35,115 bases of DNA from a virus (lineage: Duplodnaviria; Caudoviricetes): IMG/VR virus record IMGVR_UViG_3300044667_000048, positions 1 through 35,115 of that record; one strand, given 5' to 3'. Positions 25,215 through 34,303 of the stretch are shown here, piece by piece (the first letter of the stretch is position 1; every line of letters begins with the position of its first letter). Below the pieces are notes generated by a model. It saw only the letters and a program-made list of their open reading frames with translations. It ran no database searches and was not told where the DNA came from. Both the position numbers and the translations under genes were made by a program.

Positions 25215-26159
25215 TTAGGCGAGGTTGAGGTCGGCGACCGGATACCGGTTCGCTTCGACGGGCTGGTCGTTGTTGATGGTGTTGGCGACCTGCCAGCCGA
25301 CACGGAAGGTGAGACGGATCGCGGTCATGTCCTGCTGGGCGAGGTTGTAGACGATCGCACCGGTGTTGTCCTGGATGACCGCCTGGTCGAGGATCTTCAT
25401 GGTGATGTCCTGGCGGACGCCGACCACGAACTGCGTCCAGTCGCCGGCGAACAGGCGCGGGCTGCCGGAGCTGGAGCCGAACATGCCGCGCATCGGGTAC
25501 ACGATGGGCAGGCCGTCCAGGGTCATCAGGTTGCCGGAGATGCGGCCATCGTCGAGCTTGCGGCCCTGGCTGTCGCGGGCCATGCGGAGCTTCGACTTGA
25601 CGCTGGTGGCGCCGACGAAGCCGGTCACTTCGTAGCCGTCGGCCTCGACCTTCTCGTACAGCTTGTCCACGTCGCCGTAGAAGCCGCCCGCGGTCGCCGC
25701 CGAACCCTCGGTGATGTTGTTGCCCGCAGACGCGATCGCCGAGTGGATGTACGTCGGCCACGAGCTGGGGGCGTTGGTGCCGAAGAAGACCGCGGCGTCG
25801 AGCACCCGGCCGAACGCCTCCACCAGCAGAGGCATGGCCTCGTCCCAGATGTTGGCGTCCACGTCGGCCAGGACGTTGTCCGGGACCGGCATGATCGTGG
25901 CGATCTCTTCGATGTTGAGGTACTTGTTCGACCAGTTGACCTCGGTCGTCTGCTTCAGACCGGTGTCACCCGACACGAAGTACGCGGTCGGCAGCGCGCT
26001 GAGCACCGGGAATCGCACCTGGGCGCGACCGACCGGGACGTGACGGAACAGCGACAGCACAGCACTCGACTCGGTCGCCTTGCCGAGCATCTCCTTGGAG
26101 ACCTCTTCAGGGATGAGCGCGGTCGCGTCAGTCCTGGACGTCAGATTGTCGTAGGCCAC
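25215..26159 (-). CDS. Major capsid protein, HK97 fold (314 aa)
   Basis: LIPEEVS.E, TAYFV.G....KQTT, GDW..FVVGVRQDIT, NLAQQDM.AIR..FRVGWQ. Confidence 0.93.
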   Translation of the reverse strand: MAYDNLTSRTDATALIPEEVSKEMLGKATESSAVLSLFRHVPVGRAQVRFPVLSALPTAYFVSGDTGLKQTTEVNWSNKYLNIEEIATIMPVPDNVLADVDANIWDEAMPLLVEAFGRVLDAAVFFGTNAPSSWPTYIHSAIASAGNNITEGSAATAGGFYGDVDKLYEKVEADGYEVTGFVGATSVKSKLRMARDSQGRKLDDGRISGNLMTLDGLPIVYPMRGMFGSSSGSPRLFAGDWTQFVVGVRQDITMKILDQAVIQDNTGAIVYNLAQQDMTAIRLTFRVGWQVANTINNDQPVEANRYPVADLNLA

Positions 26160-26216
26160 GGGTTACCTCCTGCTAGTTGATCCGCAGCCCCGCGGCCTGC
26201 CGGGTGCGGTCTCAGG

Positions 26217-26744
26217 TCAGCTCAGACCCGCCTTGTTGCGGATCAGCTTGTTCATGTCGGTCGGTTCGCCAGCGGTCTTGCGAGGCCCGCCGTTGAACGG
26301 CGGCGTCTTCTCTGCGGGGGCGACCTTGGCCCACCGCTTGACCGCCTCGGCGATCGCCTTGCTGTCGGGCTCGCTGTCCTCGTTGAGGAACTTGGCGAGA
26401 TTCAGGTCCTCGATGATCGAGTCGATATCGGCGACCTTGCCGGCCGCCGCCGCCTTGATCTCAGCCCTCGCGAGCCGCTGCCCGACTGTTGAGAGGACCT
26501 CGCCGCGCGCCTGCGCGGCGGCCTCCTCGCGCGCCTTGGCGATCGCCTTCTCGCCCTCGGTCTGTGTGGACTCGCGCAGCCTCGCGAGCTCGGCTTCCAG
26601 CGCCTTGGCGCGTTTGGCGTCCTTCTCGAATGCCTTCCGGTCCGCGCGTTCCTTCTCCAGCGCGGAGCGCAGACCTGCCGTCTCGTCGACGGGTTCCTCG
26701 GGCATCACGCCTTCGGGTTCGACGATGTCGTTGTCGTCAGCCAT
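26217..26744 (-). CDS. Capsid scaffolding protein (175 aa)
   Basis: Acidic N-terminus and coiled coil; DMNKLIR C-terminus; upstream of the capsid gene. Confidence 0.85.
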   Translation of the reverse strand: MADDNDIVEPEGVMPEEPVDETAGLRSALEKERADRKAFEKDAKRAKALEAELARLRESTQTEGEKAIAKAREEAAAQARGEVLSTVGQRLARAEIKAAAAGKVADIDSIIEDLNLAKFLNEDSEPDSKAIAEAVKRWAKVAPAEKTPPFNGGPRKTAGEPTDMNKLIRNKAGLS

Positions 26745-26821
26745 GAGGCTGTCCTTCCAACAGCCGCCCGGCGTCTCGCCGTGGCGGTCATCCCCGCGGG
26801 CCTCTCGCCCTGCGGGACGTC

Positions 26822-27733
26822 TCAGGTGATGTAGCCGTACCGGCGTAGCTGCTCGATGGCTGCCGTCCGGTTGTCTCGGTGGGAGCGCATGATCTGCTCG
26901 GCCGTCGGCCTCTGCATGCCCTTGGCTCGCCCACGCCGGGTGGTGCTCGACGTGGTGAACTCCTGCCCGCCCGCCGTGTAGACGCCGCGGCGCGCGTTCA
27001 CCACCTGCCCGATGTCGCCGCCCGCCCGGATCGCTTCCGCAGCGTCCCGGCCGAACGCCTGGTCCTGCTGCTCGCGCGTCAGGCCGGCGAACACCTGCTT
27101 CGGGCTCTCCCCCGGCAGGTCGCCCGTCCCGTCATGGACGACGGGCAGGTGGTAGCAGTCGCAGTTCGGATGCCGCAGGAAGCCCTGCGACCAGGCGTAC
27201 TGCCTGCCGGCCAGGACGATGCACCTGCCGCACGAGGGCAGCTTCAGCATGCGGACGTAGGTGACGAACTTGCGGTTGGCGACAATCCCAGCCCCAACCG
27301 CGGCCCGGCCGGCGTCAGGGATCTCCGTGGTGACGATCCGCATCAGCGACGCCAGCCCCGACCGGAGAGCATCCTGGTCGTCGGCGCCACGCACCAGCAG
27401 GCCCGCGGTCTTGAGAGCGGGCTGCATCAGCAGCCGGGTCAGGTCCCGCCCATCAGCTGCCACACCGGCGAACGCCTCCGGCACGACGACTCCAGACAGG
27501 CGGGACACGCCCTGCTCGCGAGCTGTCGCCCGCAGGTACGGCATAGCCAGCCTGGCCGCGGCCAACTGCCCGGAGACGAGCAGTTCAACAATGTTGGCCA
27601 GCAGAGCCATCCACTGCTGGATCGCCGCCGACGGCTGAACCTCCCGCCACAGGGCTTGCGCCTGCTCCGCGGTGGTGCGGACGATCTGCTGCTGGGCGTT
27701 GTAGTGGGCGGCGGCGATGTCTTCCAGCGCCAC
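26822..27733 (-). CDS. MuF-like minor head protein (303 aa)
   Basis: YVR....SCGRCIVLAGR...F.RHPNCDC; follows the portal. Confidence 0.85.
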   Translation of the reverse strand: MALEDIAAAHYNAQQQIVRTTAEQAQALWREVQPSAAIQQWMALLANIVELLVSGQLAAARLAMPYLRATAREQGVSRLSGVVVPEAFAGVAADGRDLTRLLMQPALKTAGLLVRGADDQDALRSGLASLMRIVTTEIPDAGRAAVGAGIVANRKFVTYVRMLKLPSCGRCIVLAGRQYAWSQGFLRHPNCDCYHLPVVHDGTGDLPGESPKQVFAGLTREQQDQAFGRDAAEAIRAGGDIGQVVNARRGVYTAGGQEFTTSSTTRRGRAKGMQRPTAEQIMRSHRDNRTAAIEQLRRYGYIT

Positions 27734-27736
27734 CTG

Positions 27737-29140
27737 CTACTCCTGCGCTACCGTCTGGGACAGTTGACCCTGCTCGGGCTTAGGGCCGGTGAACGCTGCC
27801 AGATCGCCGGCCAGAAGCCGGTTAGCGGCTTCCTTCTCCCGCTCGTCGCGGATCTTCTTCCAGCGGGCGATCTCCTGCGGCGAGGCGCCCCACCGTTCCC
27901 ACAGGGCTTCGTCCGGGACTCCGAGCGTCTTCATCTGAACGAGAGCAGACACCAGTTCGCCTTCGGTCCTGAACTCGGGGTTCTTCCACACGACCTCGCA
28001 CGAGAAGTCCACCGGGCGCTTGTCGCCGGCGGCCTTCATGTACAGGCGGACGGTGTCCTCGACGGACTCTCCCAGGTACAGCATGTGGTCGCGCACCTTG
28101 GAGATCAGGCCCGCCTCCGCCGCCTTCAGCGCTTCCGCAGACAGGTTGATCAGATCACCGAGCAGGTAGTGCGGCGGAGTCGAAGTGATCGCCGCGATGT
28201 CCTTGATGTCGTCGCGGACCGCATCGAGGAACGGCTTGATGTCGGTGGGGTTGAAGTCACCGAACTTCGTCTGCGGATCCTCCGACACCAGTAGGCGATC
28301 CACAGCTACCTTGAACGGCTCCGTCGGCGCGCCATTCTCGTCGACGGGAATCTCCAGGCCGGTGACCCACTTTTGCCGGAACGCGCCGTACTCCTGAGAC
28401 ATGAGCCGGTCGGCGAGAGTCTTGTTGATGCGGTCCTGAACGTCGGTCACGCCGGCGATTTCGCTGGTGCCCGGTTCGAGCATCTGGGGGCGGTTGGCGT
28501 ACTCGACCAGCGGCACCTCGCCCAGCGGATTCGGGCCGTGCTCCCCCGCCTGCCAGTCGACGGTGACCTGGCCTTGGCGGTAGATCGCTGAGAAGGGGTA
28601 CACCCGGTCGGGCAGGAACAGGTTGGCCATGATGTTGCCGGTCCAGTCGTCCAGCCAGCACTTCAACCCCGCGGCCTTGCGGCGCCGGGAACCGGGCTCG
28701 TACTCGATGATCGCCTGCGACGGATGCTCGGGAGTGACCGTAGGAACCTCGTCGCCGTCGCGGGGCGGATCCACCAGCATGTAACTGGTGCCCAGCTTCA
28801 CCGACTCGGCGAACACCAGCCGCGAATCGGCGTCCAGCCGGTTGGCCTGCCAGATACGCCACGCCCGCTCGTCCGGCTCGTCCGCTGTAGACGACATACG
28901 GATGCCGACGACCTGCAGACGGCCCACCACCGCGTCCACGACCAGCTGCATGTAGTTGGCGCGCGACATAGCCAGCAGCCGCTTGAATTCGCGCCGCGCC
29001 TTCTCCTGAAGGTGAGGCAGGGGGTGGTCGCCGGAGTAGTAGTCCTGCAAGCAGTCCAGCCCGTCCTGCCGGTCGGTTAGCTGCTTGTACAGCCGCTCCA
29101 CCCACCAGTGCGGGGATTGCGGCTCATGCCGACGGGCCAC
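27737..29140 (-). CDS. Portal protein, SPP1 gp6-like (467 aa)
   Basis: YYSGDHPL, WRIWQANRLD, NPLGEVPLV, N.SAEALKAAE. Confidence 0.93.
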   Translation of the reverse strand: MARRHEPQSPHWWVERLYKQLTDRQDGLDCLQDYYSGDHPLPHLQEKARREFKRLLAMSRANYMQLVVDAVVGRLQVVGIRMSSTADEPDERAWRIWQANRLDADSRLVFAESVKLGTSYMLVDPPRDGDEVPTVTPEHPSQAIIEYEPGSRRRKAAGLKCWLDDWTGNIMANLFLPDRVYPFSAIYRQGQVTVDWQAGEHGPNPLGEVPLVEYANRPQMLEPGTSEIAGVTDVQDRINKTLADRLMSQEYGAFRQKWVTGLEIPVDENGAPTEPFKVAVDRLLVSEDPQTKFGDFNPTDIKPFLDAVRDDIKDIAAITSTPPHYLLGDLINLSAEALKAAEAGLISKVRDHMLYLGESVEDTVRLYMKAAGDKRPVDFSCEVVWKNPEFRTEGELVSALVQMKTLGVPDEALWERWGASPQEIARWKKIRDEREKEAANRLLAGDLAAFTGPKPEQGQLSQTVAQE

Positions 29141-29154
29141 GAAACCCCCTCAGG

Positions 29155-30741
29155 TCAGAATCCAGCAGCTCGGTAGTGGCGCTTCTTGCCCCAGCCGTCC
29201 GCGATGGCGTCGGCTCGTGCTTCGTAGGCGAGAGCAGCCCCAACCACGGAGTCGATCTTTCGGGCTGATCCTTCGTGTTCCTTACGGACCAGCAGGTGGG
29301 CGCCCTTTCGGCGGATGTAGGTGTTGCCCACGTGATCAGCGACCACGGGATCGCCGTCGTGGAACACGGTCCCACCGATCAGGTCGGAGCGGAGCCGGTC
29401 CAGCGCCGCGGCCATCTGCACGTCCCGGCGGGTCTCCCACGCCAGAACCCGCTCCACGCCGAGCTCCTCCGACAGCTTGTCGATGTCCGACCGCCACTCG
29501 TGCGGGTCTGCATACATACGGGTCACGTCGTACCGGGCGAACGCCTCCCGCACCGCCTCCAGCACATCCGAGCGGGGAACCTCCCACCAGGAGCCTTCGG
29601 GACCCGCGGGCTTCGCCCAGATCCCGATCGGGAACAGAAACCCGTCCGTCATCCGCGACCCGATCAGCACCGTGGCGTCATCGCGGAGCGAACCGTCGAA
29701 GCCGAGCGCGATCGCCATCCCCGGCGCCACCACCTCGGTACGGGCCTGCCGCTCCCACACGTCCGTCGCCAGCCAGGCGTCCTGCCCCGACATGGCCCTG
29801 TTCAAGTAGTAGCGGGCCGCGGTCGCATCGTCCGGGCATGAGCGCGGGTCACGCATCTCCCGGTAGATCCGCTCCAAGTCCATCCACTCTGCGGCGGCGC
29901 CATACACGTGCCGCAGCTGCGCCAAGGTGTGCGCCTCATCGTCGAGATCGACACGGCCCTTCGCCTCCCGATGATCCACGTACACCGACGGCGACAGTTC
30001 GCCCTTCCGCCACGCGGTCAGCGTCTCCTCAGCGATCGACTGCTCGCCCGGCCGGTACGCCGTCGTGGTCTGCAGCATCCACGGCTCGGCGAGCTTCCTC
30101 TTGCCGAGGTTCCTGCGGACCGTCCCGTACATCGCCTTCAGCTCACGCAGCACGTACAGGTGGGACTCGTCCGCGCACACCCACGTTTCCTTGCCGCCGT
30201 CCTTCGACGCCGACCCCGCCGTGCACGCCCGGATCTCACCGCCGTGCGGCAGGTACAGCGCGGTCGCCGACTGATACTGCCGGATCCCCGACACCCCGCC
30301 GTACACGTCGGGGTGAACGTCGGGCCCCCACTGGCCGGCGATGAACGCGATGTTCTCGAACGTGTTGCCCGCCTGCGACTCTTCCGTGGCAAGGCACTTC
30401 AGCAGCGGGGAACGCACCGGCCTGCCGACCGGCTGGCCGTTCGCGTCCCATCCGTCGAACCGGACCGGCGCGAACGCCTCCGCGATCCCCACGAACCCCG
30501 CAAGCTCTGACTTGGCGCGGCCCTTCGGCCTCGACAGCACACCCTCATCGAACAGGCGCCGGCCCGTCTGCGGATCCAGCCGGTACGCCTCCACCAGGAA
30601 GGCAAGCCACTCGTCATCGAGGTCGATCGGCTCGCCCTGCACATCACCAGGGCCGTGGCAGCAGTACTCGGTGATCCAGTCCGCCACCTCGTACCCGATG
30701 CTGCAGACGTGGCCCGGGAACAACGGCCCAGACCAGCCCAT
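29155..30741 (-). CDS. terL: Terminase large subunit (528 aa)
   Basis: RPKGRAKSE Walker A, ADESH Walker B, GFDGS..DDAT nuclease, RKIDSVV. Confidence 0.95.
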   Translation of the reverse strand: MGWSGPLFPGHVCSIGYEVADWITEYCCHGPGDVQGEPIDLDDEWLAFLVEAYRLDPQTGRRLFDEGVLSRPKGRAKSELAGFVGIAEAFAPVRFDGWDANGQPVGRPVRSPLLKCLATEESQAGNTFENIAFIAGQWGPDVHPDVYGGVSGIRQYQSATALYLPHGGEIRACTAGSASKDGGKETWVCADESHLYVLRELKAMYGTVRRNLGKRKLAEPWMLQTTTAYRPGEQSIAEETLTAWRKGELSPSVYVDHREAKGRVDLDDEAHTLAQLRHVYGAAAEWMDLERIYREMRDPRSCPDDATAARYYLNRAMSGQDAWLATDVWERQARTEVVAPGMAIALGFDGSLRDDATVLIGSRMTDGFLFPIGIWAKPAGPEGSWWEVPRSDVLEAVREAFARYDVTRMYADPHEWRSDIDKLSEELGVERVLAWETRRDVQMAAALDRLRSDLIGGTVFHDGDPVVADHVGNTYIRRKGAHLLVRKEHEGSARKIDSVVGAALAYEARADAIADGWGKKRHYRAAGF

Positions 30742-30744
30742 GAC

Positions 30745-31143
30745 CTACGCTCCCGTCGCGCGCTGCCGCATCCGCTCCAGCGACGACACCGTCCCAGCAC
30801 CCTTCGGCGCCTGCACACCGCGGGCCGGCCGAGTCTGCGGGCGCTTCCCCGACGCCGGGTCAGGCAGCCGCAGAGAAGCGACGAGCTGCTTGAGAAGGTT
30901 CTGCTGCTGCCTCGACTCGGCGAACGCCGGATGCGTGATCAGCCCGCCCTTGTCCGTCTCGATCACCGGCTCCGAGACGCGGCAGATCGCGTCTAGCCGC
31001 TCCAGCCTGTCAGCGACCCGGCACGCCTCCAGGACGACCTCCCGCTCCGGGTCGGACAGTCCGGGGTGCTGCTCGTGGATGGACCGCCACAGGCGCTCTC
31101 CGCGCTCCTCAAGGCCGGCCGGAGGCTCAGGAAGATCAGTCAT
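30745..31143 (-). CDS. terS: Terminase small subunit (132 aa)
   Basis: P.GL...G.RLW, EACR.ADRL..L, HPA..E.RQQ...L..L...LRLPD; GAGAGG RBS before ATG 31143. Confidence 0.88.
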   Translation of the reverse strand: MTDLPEPPAGLEERGERLWRSIHEQHPGLSDPEREVVLEACRVADRLERLDAICRVSEPVIETDKGGLITHPAFAESRQQQNLLKQLVASLRLPDPASGKRPQTRPARGVQAPKGAGTVSSLERMRQRATGA

Positions 31144-31168
31144 GGGGCACCGCCTCTCTCGCGCGTAC

Positions 31169-31250
31169 GGGAAGGTCTCAGGGGTCTGGACTGCGAGGCA
31201 CCTCCCCCGCGGTCCTCTGTTCGCCTGGGGAGGGGGGGGCATACCCCCCG
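31169..31250. other. Putative phage cos/packaging region
   Basis: Intergenic between the HNH region and terS; shared with satellite 5123-5169. Confidence 0.7.
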
Positions 31251-31251
31251 T

Positions 31252-31425
31252 CTAGTGGCCTCGGCTCTTGCGGGTGCGTGCTGCCTTCTTGGCCATGGCT
31301 GAGCGTCCTGCTTTGGTCGCTCCTGCGTTGGCGATCTTTGCTGCTGCTGTCTTGCCTAGCTTGGGCTTGAGTGCGTCGTAGACGTCGTGCCGGCCTTTGG
31401 CTATGTGGCCTCGCTTGCCTGGCAT
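31252..31425 (-). CDS. Small basic protein (57 aa)
   Basis: Manual translation MPGKRGHIAKGRHDVYDALKPKLGKTAAAKIANAG...; AAGGA RBS. Confidence 0.7.
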   Translation of the reverse strand: MPGKRGHIAKGRHDVYDALKPKLGKTAAAKIANAGATKAGRSAMAKKAARTRKSRGH

Positions 31426-31440
31426 GGGTTGTCCTTCCGC

Positions 31441-31806
31441 CTAGCGTGCGTTCCATCCGCCTGGTTGGTCTCGTGCTGTTCGCTTGCTGTGGCATGCGTG
31501 CGACAGGGCTCTGAGGTTGGTGGGGTCGTGGCCTCGTGGCCCGTTGGGTCCTAGGCCATCGATGTGGTCTACGTCTGTGGCGAGGGGGCGTGCCTCGTAC
31601 GGCAGGGTGGCGTGGTCGTCGCACTCGCAGCGTGGGTGGGTTCGGAGGTACTTCTTGCGTGTGCGTGCCCATGTCTTGTCGTAGCCGCGTTCTGCTGCTG
31701 TGCCGCGGGCCTGTTCTGCTTGGCTCTTGCAGGTGGGGCATCTGCCGCCGTCTGTGACGTTGGGGCAGCCGGCTGTGGGGCATACGCTCTTGGCTTTGCG
31801 TGGCAT
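31441..31806 (-). CDS. HNH endonuclease, terminase-associated (121 aa)
   Basis: C...GCP, RGYD..W...R, DVDHIDG, NLRAL.HACHSKRT. Confidence 0.9.
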   Translation of the reverse strand: MPRKAKSVCPTAGCPNVTDGGRCPTCKSQAEQARGTAAERGYDKTWARTRKKYLRTHPRCECDDHATLPYEARPLATDVDHIDGLGPNGPRGHDPTNLRALSHACHSKRTARDQPGGWNAR

Positions 31807-31879
31807 GGGTTCTCACCTGCGCTGATTACGGGGTGCGCATATACGAGCTGCATATATGCGCCACCGTTGTCACGTTGGG

Positions 31880-32212
31880 TTACACGTCTTCGATTTGGAT
31901 CCAGCCGCCGACTGCGGTCTCTGTGTTCGGCCCGCTCGTTACGCGGATCTTGTACCACCAGGATCCTGGCGAGGAAGTGACCGCTGATGGGATGGACAGC
32001 TGGACCTTGCCCTCGGCCGGGGAAGTGACGGTCAGACCGGATCCCTCCGTCAGCGCGTGTACGCCTTGGGCGTTGTCCGCGATGGACGTGTTGGCCTTGA
32101 TGATGGCGACGACTTCCAGCCCGGTCAGGTTGAGGACGGCGCCGGCCTGGGTGATCTGCCACGTGCGGAGGGGCGTGTCGCCTTCGGCTAGGGCGAGGTT
32201 CGCGTGTTCGAT
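31880..32212 (-). CDS. BppU-N-like beta protein (110 aa) with apparent ATC start
   Basis: Manual translation IEHANLALAEGDT...LNLTG...GKVQLSIP...WYKIRV; GGGAGG RBS 6 nt before ATC; no usable in-frame ATG/GTG/TTG. Confidence 0.7.
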   Translation of the reverse strand: MEHANLALAEGDTPLRTWQITQAGAVLNLTGLEVVAIIKANTSIADNAQGVHALTEGSGLTVTSPAEGKVQLSIPSAVTSSPGSWWYKIRVTSGPNTETAVGGWIQIEDV

Positions 32213-32223
32213 GGCGGACCTCC

Positions 32224-33081
32224 CTAAGCCTGCTGCCCGGCGGCGTCTACGTCGAGGAGGGTGCCGCCGAGTTCGGAGCTGAGGAGGACGGCGCCGAGCG
32301 CGGACAGGTTCGTAGGCGTCGACCCAACGACAGGGGCTGGCATCGTGAAGGCGCCTGTAGCTGTGACCTTGGCGCTACCAGTGCCAGCGAGAGAGGGAGT
32401 CGCTGTGGTGATCTCCCCGGTAGCCGTAGCGATGGCCGCGGCTGTGCCAGCCAGTACCGAAGGCGGAAGGGCTGCTGCCCCGCTGGCCGCGTTGGTCAGC
32501 GTGGCCGCGCCCGCGAAGTCGGTGGGCGGCGAGGTGAAGGCGCCCGTCCCGGTGACGGTGTCGACGTACGTGGACGCGCTCGCCCCCGCTAAGCCATCCC
32601 AGCTCGCGCCCGGGGTGTCGCCGTCGAGGTAGGTGTCGAGATCCGCGGTCTGCTCGACCAGCACCATCGTGACGTCGAGGTTGTTGCCTGAGAACGATTC
32701 ACCGTCGATGATCGCGGCGATGAAGGCTGTGCTAGCTGGGGCGACGCCTGTGACGCTGATCCTGGTGACTGCGCCTGCGGTGGTGCTGTAGTCGGCTGAC
32801 GTGTACGACAGGGCGCCATGGGAGGCGTTCTGCCACTCGATATAGATGTGGCCGGACACGCCGAAAGCGGGGAAGCGCAAGCTGACGCTGACGGTGTACG
32901 TGGAGGCCGGCGCCGCCGCGCCGTAGGCGGTGCGGACGAAGGTGCCGTCGCTGTAGCGGGCGGCGAACCCTCGGCCGAAGCCGGTGACGGCGGTCCTCAC
33001 GGGTGCGGTGCCGTTGCCGCCCCAGTTCGCGTTGTCGACGGACAGGCAGGGGTTGATGCAGGTGTTGTGCCTGGTCGCCAC
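32224..33081 (-). CDS. Putative virion fibre protein with carbohydrate-binding-like N-domain (285 aa)
   Basis: N.CINP...W, YTVSV, YLDGDTPGASWDG; Ala/Thr/Gly-rich repeats in the C-terminus. Confidence 0.7.
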   Translation of the reverse strand: MATRHNTCINPCLSVDNANWGGNGTAPVRTAVTGFGRGFAARYSDGTFVRTAYGAAAPASTYTVSVSLRFPAFGVSGHIYIEWQNASHGALSYTSADYSTTAGAVTRISVTGVAPASTAFIAAIIDGESFSGNNLDVTMVLVEQTADLDTYLDGDTPGASWDGLAGASASTYVDTVTGTGAFTSPPTDFAGAATLTNAASGAAALPPSVLAGTAAAIATATGEITTATPSLAGTGSAKVTATGAFTMPAPVVGSTPTNLSALGAVLLSSELGGTLLDVDAAGQQA

Positions 33082-33096
33082 AGCACCTCCCGGACG

Positions 33097-33315
33097 CTAC
33101 ATGCTGCCCTGGACTGGCGGGAGCGAGGTCAGCTCGACCTGCTGGGTGTCGCCGTCGATGGTCAGTTCCCCGTGCAGCGGGTTGTCGTAGACGACCAGGA
33201 CGGCGCCGGGCGTGTGGGCGATTCCCTGGCCCGCCAGCCACGTCATGAACATCTGGTAGGGCGGGCTGCTCTGGCCGGACGGCGGGCGCATGGTGACAGT
33301 CAGGTAGACGGCCAT
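33097..33315 (-). CDS. Hypothetical protein (72 aa)
   Basis: ORF track; AGGAG RBS. Confidence 0.7.
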   Translation of the reverse strand: MAVYLTVTMRPPSGQSSPPYQMFMTWLAGQGIAHTPGAVLVVYDNPLHGELTIDGDTQQVELTSLPPVQGSM

Positions 33316-33329
33316 GTTCGAGGCTCCTA

Positions 33330-33743
33330 TCAGCCGGCGGGCGTCGAGTACGTAAGAGAGGTGATCTGGACCGTGAGGCCCGTCGAGATCGTGGTCGTGG
33401 CCAGTTCGATCTGTCCGCCGCCGCCGGTCGCGGTGACGGAGCCGTCCATGACGACGTTGCCGTCCGAGTCCTTGAAGCGGGCCCAGCCAGCGGTGCCGTT
33501 AGCTACGCCGGCCCCGGACAGGGGGACGCCAGCGAGAGAGGCTGTGCCGGTGCTGGAGGAGCCGAATGCCGGGTCGGACAGGGTGACGGTGGCCAGCAGC
33601 GTGCCTGTCGCCGCGTCCTGCGCTGTGGCGGGCTGAGAGCCGCTCCTGATCTCGACCACGCCCGCGCCTGAACCGGCGTCCAGGAGGTCGACCACAGCGT
33701 TCGTGGCAGCGTTACGGGCGGCGGTGGACAGGCGAGTAGCCAT
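33330..33743 (-). CDS. Putative virion fibre/minor structural protein (137 aa)
   Basis: ARNA......D.G...IRSG.QPA......GTLLA..TL..PAFG and GTAGWARF..S, a common phage structural family. Confidence 0.8.
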   Translation of the reverse strand: MATRLSTAARNAATNAVVDLLDAGSGAGVVEIRSGSQPATAQDAATGTLLATVTLSDPAFGSSSTGTASLAGVPLSGAGVANGTAGWARFKDSDGNVVMDGSVTATGGGGQIELATTTISTGLTVQITSLTYSTPAG

Positions 33744-33752
33744 GGCTCCCCC

Positions 33753-33860
33753 TTACTTGATCCGGATGCGGGTCTTGCCGCACTTCGAGCAGCGGTAGCG
33801 GATGACCCTGCCGAAGGACTCGACCGGGAGCCAGGAGTGCGTGAGAGGCAGGCAGGCCAC
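33753..33860 (-). CDS. Tiny Zn-ribbon protein (35 aa)
   Basis: GGAGG RBS; MACLPLTHSW...YRCSKCGKTR. Confidence 0.6.
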   Translation of the reverse strand: MACLPLTHSWLPVESFGRVIRYRCSKCGKTRIRIK

Positions 33861-33929
33861 GACGCCTCCGACGTTCAGGCGTGGGCGCGGGGTACCCGGC
33901 TGTAGTCCTCGCCCCTGACCGGCTGGACC

Positions 33930-34214
33930 TCAGGCATCGGAGGCACCCGCGCTGTCCCGTGCAGCGATGTAGTCCTCGGCCACCCAGCGGTTCGCCACGA
34001 GCGCGGCATGCGCCGGATGGTCAGCGAAGCGAGCGATCCGCGCAGGAAAGACGTAGTCCTCGTACTCGCGCATCGCCCACCCGAGATCCTCGTTGCCAGG
34101 GCAATACATCCTCTGGCAGTAGTCGTAGCGCTCCAGGAGCTCGGAGTCCCCTGTGTCGGGGGTCTCGGCCAGCCGGGCGCGCAAGAACTCCACGATGGCG
34201 GCTTCACGGTCCAT
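33930..34214 (-). CDS. DUF6221-like protein (94 aa)
   Basis: IVEFLRARLAE...FADHP; GGAG RBS before ATG 34214. Confidence 0.65.
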   Translation of the reverse strand: MDREAAIVEFLRARLAETPDTGDSELLERYDYCQRMYCPGNEDLGWAMREYEDYVFPARIARFADHPAHAALVANRWVAEDYIAARDSAGASDA

Positions 34215-34303
34215 AGGGTGTCTCCGAAGTGAGGGGTTGTTCCGGGCGGGCGCTCCCAGCAAAGGCGCACACGGTAGGTGTGTCCTTATACCCGCCCGGA
34301 GGA

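Noticed and set aside
24151-30344. Long plus-strand ORFs 24151..25104, 26879..28294 and 29085..30344
   Set aside because: Antisense shadows of well-supported head, portal and terminase genes.
31144-31242. Longer start for phage terS (31242)
   Set aside because: The extension crosses the putative cos site; the RBS supports ATG 31143.
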